A DNA stretch of 64,000 nucleotides from a virus. The translations under genes were made by a program, and so were the position numbers. The stretch lies in IMG/VR virus record IMGVR_UViG_3300025131_000006. One strand, given 5' to 3'. This document shows positions 57,619-64,000 of the stretch, piece after piece. The notes under the pieces are model-generated. The model saw only the letters and a program-made list of their open reading frames with translations, made no database searches and was not told the origin of the DNA. Every line of letters begins with the position of its first letter. Position 1 is the stretch's first letter.

Positions 57619-58521
57619 GTGACCTTTCCCATGCCCCCCGTTCGAGCCAGGCCAGGAGCAGCCGCTGCTGCGTTTGGTGCAATGCGTGGCGTGTCTGTTG
57701 AAGAGATGGAGAGGATGATCACAGAGGAAGACCTCGACGAGATAGAACGGAAGTCCGTCTCTAGACGATCAGCCCCTTATGCTCCAAGGACTTATCCGAC
57801 CTTTAAGTCGGTCAAACCAAGAAGTCCGGAGACAGGATTGCGGCGATTGAGAGAGGCCGAGATTGGTTCGGAAACAACGAGAGTTCTAGGAGCGGCAAAA
57901 GAAGATCTCTCGGAGATGATTTCGATTCACTTTCCAGTAAAGGGTGCTTCGACTATTGGCGGTATCTCATCTCCGGATGCACCTTGGTCTATCGAGATAG
58001 AGGCATCTACGATGCACGACTTTGAGTTGCGGGTCGTAATGCCTGTGTCTCAAGCATTCTTTGCGGATGGGCGGGTGATCCCGTGGACCCTGCGTGGGCT
58101 TCATTCGTGGAGTTCTTTGGGTTCTTTGCCGGAAGGCGTCCCAATCCCGGCGAGACAGTTTTATTGTAGATCTCTCGCTCACCCACGCGATTTGTTTTCG
58201 TCATGGGGGATGGATGCGGAGATGAGCTTGGGCTTAATGCCAGGGGAGTTTTGGATCTCAAATGGCGGAGTTTGGGTGTGGATATATAGTGCTTGGGTTC
58301 GTCTTTTGGATGTGGGGTCGTCTGATCTAAATGCACTTCGTCACAAAATAGGAGGGGCCGAACGAAGAGCCGTTCATGCTATGTCGTCAACAGATATGCC
58401 TATGTCGAGCCTGGAGTTTGAGCCTATCGTTATGGGTCGTGGTATAGTAGTCGAGAGTGACGTGGACACAGAGGCGTTGGAGAGAGCATCTTCTCAGCGA
58501 AAAAAAGAGAGTGATTGGTGA
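57619..58521 (+). CDS. hypothetical protein with C-terminal tag LERASSQRKKESDW*
   Basis: 300-aa ORF. Confidence 0.75.
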   Translation: MTFPMPPVRARPGAAAAAFGAMRGVSVEEMERMITEEDLDEIERKSVSRRSAPYAPRTYPTFKSVKPRSPETGLRRLREAEIGSETTRVLGAAKEDLSEMISIHFPVKGASTIGGISSPDAPWSIEIEASTMHDFELRVVMPVSQAFFADGRVIPWTLRGLHSWSSLGSLPEGVPIPARQFYCRSLAHPRDLFSSWGMDAEMSLGLMPGEFWISNGGVWVWIYSAWVRLLDVGSSDLNALRHKIGGAERRAVHAMSSTDMPMSSLEFEPIVMGRGIVVESDVDTEALERASSQRKKESDW

Positions 58522-59189
58522 TGGCTAAGAAGAAAAAAGAAAAAGAGTCAAAGAAAGTTGTTGAAACCCCTCAAGTACAGATTGCTTTGCGACAGCCACC
58601 GGAGACGCACCAAGAGCGTGTTGATAAAATAATCAAGTGGGTTGTCGCCTGTATGGTGAAAGCAGCCGAGCAGGTTCCCCACAGCGATGTGTTTTCTTTG
58701 CCTGTTATCCAAGACTACTTGTCGGATCGTCAGTCAGGGATTCCTGTATCTTTGGTGCCGCACGAGGTGTACGAGATCCTGATGTCAGGAGGGGAGTCTG
58801 ATTCGCCGGGGTGGGAGTCTTGTTTGTCTATGGCTGTCTATCAACTTTCTTGTTTACCGGTGTCTCCATCAGATTTTCGAGTGGGAGAGGCCCGGTGGGG
58901 TGCTGTGCGTCAGTTTGTGGAAGACTTTCGGCATCTGGGCATGTTGTCCCACACGGCAAATGCTGCAATGGAGATCGTGGAGCATCTTGGCGTCGGGGTC
59001 TCAGGTGGCAAAGCCAACCCAGGAGGAGGATGGGAGAACGTGTCCGATCCCACAGACATGTACGACTTTATGGCGCATTGCGAGGAGTTGTATCGAGTTA
59101 TCGTGGAGAACGTCGATGAGTCTTTTGCGGAAGATGGGAATAGAGAAGGAGATCCCACCCCAATCTCCGGAGAAAAAGAGGAAGAGTGA
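58521..59189 (+). CDS. hypothetical protein
   Basis: TGATG-coupled ORF. Confidence 0.7.
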   Translation: MAKKKKEKESKKVVETPQVQIALRQPPETHQERVDKIIKWVVACMVKAAEQVPHSDVFSLPVIQDYLSDRQSGIPVSLVPHEVYEILMSGGESDSPGWESCLSMAVYQLSCLPVSPSDFRVGEARWGAVRQFVEDFRHLGMLSHTANAAMEIVEHLGVGVSGGKANPGGGWENVSDPTDMYDFMAHCEELYRVIVENVDESFAEDGNREGDPTPISGEKEEE

Positions 59190-59568
59190 GTCCGGGGGGT
59201 TGGTCTACTTTATCGAGGAGGTGGCTAAGCCCGGAGAAGAGGGGGCGATGAAGATTGGATACTCCGCGACGCCACCGCGACGACGCCAACTGCTACAGAC
59301 CGGAAACTCGCAGAGGTTGGTGATCTGGGGAACTGTTCCAGGGACGAAAGAGGACGAGGCGAGGCTTCATGGGCACCTGCGAGAGGATTGGATTCATTTG
59401 GAGTGGTTCCGCCTTACACCCCAAGTGGAGGCAAATGTCCGAATGTGCCTGCGTGTTGGGTCTGTTCCAGGGGAACTGCTGTTAGGACAGGAAGTTGGCT
59501 CTCATGCGAATGATGGCTATGTTGCAGTTCAGGCTTTGCTGCGGGGGTCGTCTCCAGGAGAAGAATGA
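59134..59568 (+). CDS. T5orf172/GIY-YIG-like domain protein
   Basis: VYFI...KIGYS..P.RR...LQTGN...E..LH...EWF. Confidence 0.75.
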   Translation: MGIEKEIPPQSPEKKRKSESGGLVYFIEEVAKPGEEGAMKIGYSATPPRRRQLLQTGNSQRLVIWGTVPGTKEDEARLHGHLREDWIHLEWFRLTPQVEANVRMCLRVGSVPGELLLGQEVGSHANDGYVAVQALLRGSSPGEE

Positions 59569-59689
59569 ATGGAGAATCGACGAAACATGTCTAGATTGTT
59601 TGTTGTTTTGCTTATCTTGTTGTTGTGCTACTACATAGCAGAGGCAATTCACATTCATCGTATGGTGCTGAATGCACCAGGAGAAGGTT

Positions 59690-60217
59690 ATGGACGGATC
59701 GAGAATCAAAGACACCCTGACGGAAGTTCCTCCTATCGTTGTAAGTAACGAGGTAAGTGACGAGGACGCAGCAGCGATCGATAAGCTGAGAGAGGCAAAG
59801 ACTCTTCGAGAGAATCTGCTTGGTTTGTCTTCGGATTGGGCATGGGATTATTTTCCCGATCTAGCGGACCTCCCTGAGAATTGGAGGCCGATCGACCAAT
59901 GCGAAGGCGGGTTCCGAGCGGTGGTCTTGAATAAGAAGGGACTCCCCCATCTTGCTGTAATCGCCAGTTGTGGTGTCGAGCAGGACGGAAATAAGTGGAT
60001 GCACTTGTCGGTGTCGCGACGCAAACATCTCCCGACATGGGGTGAACTCGTGATGGTGCGAGACGCTATTATTGGAACAGATTATTTCGCGTATCAGGTG
60101 ATCCCCCCTCGGTCTGAACACGTTGACATCGCGGATGTCCTTCACATGTGGATCTTGCTCGACGATGATAAAGGCCAAGTCTTCCCCGACTTCACCGAAG
60201 GCACAGGTCTTATCTGA
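59690..60217 (+). CDS. conserved phage hypothetical protein (W.HLSVSR...PTW.EL..V family)
   Basis: VIAS...W.HLSVSR...PTWGEL...PP.SEHV....LHMW. Confidence 0.75.
   Translation: MDGSRIKDTLTEVPPIVVSNEVSDEDAAAIDKLREAKTLRENLLGLSSDWAWDYFPDLADLPENWRPIDQCEGGFRAVVLNKKGLPHLAVIASCGVEQDGNKWMHLSVSRRKHLPTWGELVMVRDAIIGTDYFAYQVIPPRSEHVDIADVLHMWILLDDDKGQVFPDFTEGTGLI
59998..60064. repeat. 67-bp exact repeat, inverted copy of 8604-8670
   Basis: Base-by-base identity. Confidence 0.95.
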
Positions 60218-60219
60218 AA

Positions 60220-60234
60220 GTTCAGTGACTGAAC
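60220..60234. repeat. palindrome copy 21
   Basis: GTTCAGTGACTGAAC between convergent genes. Confidence 0.9.
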
Positions 60235-60276
60235 TTTATCCCCTCCCTTTGAGTACCCCCTCTTTCTTTTACCTCC

Positions 60277-62145
60277 TCAGATCTCGCACACTCCACCAGC
60301 ACAAGCCTGTGTTTGACGGACTTCCGTGCCATCCTCCCACTCTTTGACGTCCGATACTTTCATTTTGTGGACGTTTGCGGCCAGTCTCTCCCATTCTTCG
60401 TCGGGTATTTGTTGGTACACTAGCTGCTCGAAGTCGGTGTCGTCTTGTTGCGGGAAGACACTGATCGCCGTGTAGCTGTCGCGGTGTTCCCACATCCACT
60501 CGCCGACATCGTCCCACTCGTTTTGCCCCACATAGACGGTGGCAGACACATTGTTTTGGTTGTCGCCTTCGCGGTGGCCGGGTTCGATCCAATCTTGGTG
60601 GAACCGACGGATTCGCTCCAACAGGTCGATGGGGGATTCGGTGCTGCGGCTACTGCCGCTGCCGCTGTGGACCAAGGGGATATTGATGAATGCCTCTCTG
60701 TCAGGGACATACACGGAGTCTTCCACGAGTTCTGGTGCGACTGCCATGGCATGTTCATAGATTGCACTGCCCTTATTCAGGGTCAGGCGTCGAATGTACC
60801 GACCGTGACGCTCCGGGCTATGGATGCCACATGGGACGCCTCCCAATCGCAAGGAGGAGGTTCCTTCGGGCTTCAGCAAGGTTGTGCGCTTGGCCGGATT
60901 GATTCCCAAGATTTTGGCCATGCGTGCGTTCTCCTCCAGCACGACGCGGGCGGCAGCTTGCAGATCCAATCTTTCGACGTTGCCTGCGGTGATGCCCGTC
61001 ATGGAGATGCCAATGAGGGCGTCTTCGTCGGTGCGCTCTTTCCATTCAGGTCGCAGCAGGTGAAAGTCGGTGTAGGTGGCCTGGATCGTGGCAATCCGTG
61101 CAGCCATTCGTGCTCTGTGTTCCAGATCAGATTGACATTCAATGGTGGATGCGTTTATCGTGGCAAGGTTACAAAACGTATAGAAACGGAGGCTTGCCTC
61201 AAGGCATGGATTAAATAACCAATCCAGGTTATGGGTCCAAAAGATGGCGGGCTCGCCGTATTTGGATTGAGCGATAATCTCCCAGTATTTCCAGAAGGAG
61301 GACTCGTCGTGCTCCGAGCGGAGGAGGGCAGCATCTATATTGGCCATGCGGCGCCAAGGGTGGGTTTCGGTCCAATTGCCTGCTTTGTAGTGGAGCATGC
61401 GAGGATCGTCGTGGGAGAAGATGCAAACATAAGAGGAACGGCGAACACCACCAGACAGGACCGCTTCCGCGAAGTGACACATGATGTCGGAGGCTTCATC
61501 GGTTTCCAACTGTTGGCCCGGTTTCTTGTCGGCCAGGATGCTCTCGACTCGTTGGAGGGCGTCGAGTAGGGGGTTGGGTCCGGGGGCTCGACCTCCTGTT
61601 GTGCTCAGGAAAGATCCTGCCGGTCGGACGTCGGAGGGATCGAATCGAGGCCTGGGGTCGCCGCAGAAGTAAGCGCAGAGGAGGGCGTCGAGCGCTTCGG
61701 CCCATCCTTCGATGGTGTCCACGATCAGGTATCTGCGATCGAGTCGTGGTCTTTGGATAGGGGGGAGTTGGGCGACGTGTTGGCGTTGAACGGAGTATCC
61801 GACACCGCATCCGCTCAGGAGGAGAAAAAATGCCTCAGTGAAGGCTCGCGGGTGGATAATGGCAGTCGCCGAGCAGTTGTACAAGCGGGCCGGATTCTTG
61901 ATGATCGGGTCGCCGCCGTACTGAAGAGAGCGCATAGAGGGGAGAACTTTATCGTCGTAGACCAATTGAAACGCTTCGCGGATCGGATCGGCCAAATGGG
62001 GCAGCTTCCGAATGTGCATGGTTTCGGTGCGAGATACATTCTCTCTAGGGGTCTCCCTTCGATGCAGTTCCTTCAAGTATTTTGCGTACTTGTCGAAGTG
62101 GATTAGTTGTTTGAGTAAGGTGCGGGCATTAGCGTCTTGACTCAT
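60277..62145 (-). CDS. nrdJ: class II (B12-dependent) ribonucleotide reductase
   Basis: LYNCS, GGVRRS, NPCLE, FCNL, KPEGT, C-terminal CAGGVC; no small-subunit gene nearby. Confidence 0.92.
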   Translation of the reverse strand: MSQDANARTLLKQLIHFDKYAKYLKELHRRETPRENVSRTETMHIRKLPHLADPIREAFQLVYDDKVLPSMRSLQYGGDPIIKNPARLYNCSATAIIHPRAFTEAFFLLLSGCGVGYSVQRQHVAQLPPIQRPRLDRRYLIVDTIEGWAEALDALLCAYFCGDPRPRFDPSDVRPAGSFLSTTGGRAPGPNPLLDALQRVESILADKKPGQQLETDEASDIMCHFAEAVLSGGVRRSSYVCIFSHDDPRMLHYKAGNWTETHPWRRMANIDAALLRSEHDESSFWKYWEIIAQSKYGEPAIFWTHNLDWLFNPCLEASLRFYTFCNLATINASTIECQSDLEHRARMAARIATIQATYTDFHLLRPEWKERTDEDALIGISMTGITAGNVERLDLQAAARVVLEENARMAKILGINPAKRTTLLKPEGTSSLRLGGVPCGIHSPERHGRYIRRLTLNKGSAIYEHAMAVAPELVEDSVYVPDREAFINIPLVHSGSGSSRSTESPIDLLERIRRFHQDWIEPGHREGDNQNNVSATVYVGQNEWDDVGEWMWEHRDSYTAISVFPQQDDTDFEQLVYQQIPDEEWERLAANVHKMKVSDVKEWEDGTEVRQTQACAGGVCEI

Positions 62146-62424
62146 GCACTTTCTCCGTTGAATTGTCTTGTGATTTTAAGAGGATAAGGTGTGTTTCATG
62201 CGAGCCGAATCTCTGGGAGAAGAACATGAACCACAGACCTACCATGCTATCCAATTTTATTGGGTCATGTCAATTTGTTTTGGGTGGGTTGAGGCTCCTT
62301 GTGAACACTCGAATCCCTTGACAATCCTGCGTTATTGAGGAATAAAAAAAACTGGTAGAAGCCCCCGTGTATAGACTTCTGTTCGGAGTTGCATAGACTT
62401 CGTGAATCCAAAGAGAGAACTCAT

Positions 62425-62703
62425 ATGCCGCTGTATTTGAATGGGAAAGAAGTTTCTGGACACGCTCTTGACGTTGAGGGGTTTGAGCCAGGGGTAAACG
62501 ATCCTGCTGAGTTGCACTTGGTGGATGGGTTCAAAGACAAGGATCTCGTCTATGTCGAGTCTCTGGATCGTCTCTTTCGGTACGAGGACACATCGACGGC
62601 ATCGGATGACGGAGGTGGTGTCCTCGAAGAGGAGGAGGAAATGAGCGAACTCGAAAGACTTCGTCTCCGTGTTGCAGAGCTTGAGTCCGGTGATAAAGTT
62701 TAG
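62425..62703 (+). CDS. hypothetical acidic protein
   Basis: ORF; stop codon overlaps a palindrome copy. Confidence 0.55.
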   Translation: MPLYLNGKEVSGHALDVEGFEPGVNDPAELHLVDGFKDKDLVYVESLDRLFRYEDTSTASDDGGGVLEEEEEMSELERLRLRVAELESGDKV

Positions 62704-62712
62704 CGACTGAAC
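62698..62712. repeat. palindrome copy 22 (1 mismatch)
   Basis: GTTTAGCGACTGAAC, overlaps a TAG stop. Confidence 0.8.
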
Positions 62713-62745
62713 AATTTTAGAAAATAACGGGCAGGAAGATATGAG

Positions 62746-63414
62746 GTGAGAGTCTTGTTCTTTTTGTCCGCGATGCCGCCAGAGCACGCCAAGTGGATTC
62801 AACTGACCATCTTGGTTTTGATTGTTTGTATGGCGATCGGTCGTGTGTTGATCGCTGCCAAAGATGGCCAGGGCAACACGAGTTCTTCGTTGACGGGGAT
62901 GCAGATCACAACGTTTGTGATTTTTGCTGTCGTGATGATTGATACATTTAACGATCGATCTTTCCGGGATTTCGATGCATCTTCCATTGTGGGGAAGGTT
63001 ACAGGTAAGCGAGGGAGGCGGGGCCGGGTGGCCAGGGCGTCGGGGGTTCGGACGGAGCGATCCACCTCACGTTCTGTGATCAAGGAGAAGTATTGGCTCT
63101 TGGCTATGGTCTTCTTGGCTTACTGCGTACTGTTTTTGTTATCCCATCGGAAGAAAGACATGAGGGATTGGACAGTAAAGGGAGCGATGGCGATAAGGGG
63201 GAACGACCCGTACGAGCATATCGTTGATGAGACGTTGGTTGCTATTCTCAGGGATAGTCCGGACGATCCGGACATCCAAGACTTTTTCATTCGGGGGATG
63301 TTGGCCAAGAAGGGGCAGGCGGTCGCGGCGGGGGGAGAGTCGGGGGAGAGCCAGAAGAAAGAAGATCCTCCTCCCTTTAAGCCTCCTTCGACTCCATTTT
63401 TGGATGACAAGTGA
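62746..63414 (+). CDS. membrane protein with about 3 TM helices
   Basis: Three hydrophobic segments. Confidence 0.6.
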   Translation: MRVLFFLSAMPPEHAKWIQLTILVLIVCMAIGRVLIAAKDGQGNTSSSLTGMQITTFVIFAVVMIDTFNDRSFRDFDASSIVGKVTGKRGRRGRVARASGVRTERSTSRSVIKEKYWLLAMVFLAYCVLFLLSHRKKDMRDWTVKGAMAIRGNDPYEHIVDETLVAILRDSPDDPDIQDFFIRGMLAKKGQAVAAGGESGESQKKEDPPPFKPPSTPFLDDK

Positions 63415-63418
63415 GCGA

Positions 63419-63994
63419 CTAGGGGTTTTGGCGGGCTCGATAGACGATGTGGGTGATAGAGACAGACATCTCTATAGTGGCACTGTCGGTGGTGGCTTTG
63501 ATAGCATCGCCAGGGTTGATGAGGAAGTGGTCTGTCAGGGTGGCGTCATCAGTCGTGTTGTTGAGGGGGATAACGCGCTGCTCGCTTCCGTCTCGCCTCA
63601 CGATATAGATGCCGCTTGTTGCGCCGCGAGCACCAGGCTCGACGCCTCCGTGATTCCGGAAGTGTATAGAGGTGACGGTGACAGGGTAGTTGAATGACCA
63701 ATATCCACCTCTTGTGGGGATAGTGGGAGGAGCGGCAGATCCAGGGTCTCCTTGGATGTCTTGATCGGGGGTTCCGCCAAGGAAGTCGTTTCCAGCCGCG
63801 ATGCGTTGTGTGTCGGTGCGTCCGGTCATCGATGCAGGCAAGGGCTGATTTCTCTGGTTGACCAGCTTGCCCTCTTGGCGCCGGATGCCAGCCCCTTCTT
63901 TAAATAACGTCAGGGTCATAGCCTTGGACTTTCGACCGTCCGATGGATTTGTGACTATGACGGGCTTGTCGCCGACGCCCATTGTGTTGGTCAA
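63419..63994 (-). CDS. hypothetical protein, possibly 5'-truncated by the window edge
   Basis: 191-codon ORF. Confidence 0.55.
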   Translation of the reverse strand: MTNTMGVGDKPVIVTNPSDGRKSKAMTLTLFKEGAGIRRQEGKLVNQRNQPLPASMTGRTDTQRIAAGNDFLGGTPDQDIQGDPGSAAPPTIPTRGGYWSFNYPVTVTSIHFRNHGGVEPGARGATSGIYIVRRDGSEQRVIPLNNTTDDATLTDHFLINPGDAIKATTDSATIEMSVSITHIVYRARQNP

Positions 63995-64000
63995 GACGAT

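Noticed and set aside
62150-62260. Cobalamin riboswitch upstream of nrdJ
   Set aside because: Only an imperfect hairpin is present; no recognisable B12-box consensus.
1274-62712. Dispersed palindromes as CRISPR repeats or integron attC sites
   Set aside because: They are only 15 bp and kilobases apart, no cas or integron integrase gene was seen, and they lack the RYYYAAC...GTTRRRY attC architecture.
1-64000. tRNA/rRNA genes, integrase, transposase
   Set aside because: No convincing cloverleaf, T-loop or catalytic motifs were seen by eye; tRNAscan-SE would be needed to exclude tRNAs.

Overview
This 64-kb window looks like part of a large tailed dsDNA bacteriophage genome. No host housekeeping genes, rRNA, tRNA or CRISPR array were seen. 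Bases 1-28,000 are mostly minus-strand accessory genes: many hypothetical proteins, a protein-tyrosine phosphatase, a C5 DNA methyltransferase with a nested second-frame subunit, an HD nucleotidase and thymidine kinase. Bases 29,700-60,200 form a plus-strand replication, recombination and packaging block: ADP-ribosylglycohydrolase, SF2 helicase, DnaB-like helicase, primase, CobS/CobT-like AAA+/VWA pair, sigma-like factor, UvsY-like protein, gp32-like SSB, RecA, an Mre11-Rad50 fusion, RusA and the terminase large subunit. A class II ribonucleotide reductase follows on the minus strand. Three features stand out. (1) Ten otherwise unrelated proteins end in the same 14-residue tag, L-x6-R-[RK]-x2-S-[DE]-W, conserved as protein but not as DNA; an eleventh variant is hidden in-frame behind a TGA stop. 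This is a candidate phage protein-sorting or docking system. (2) A 15-bp palindrome, GTTYAGTSACTRAAC, occurs 22 times at roughly 3-kb spacing. (3) A sharp strand-skew inversion with 11-bp tandem repeats at about 9.8 kb is a candidate replication origin. All functional calls come from motif recognition by eye; no database searches were run.
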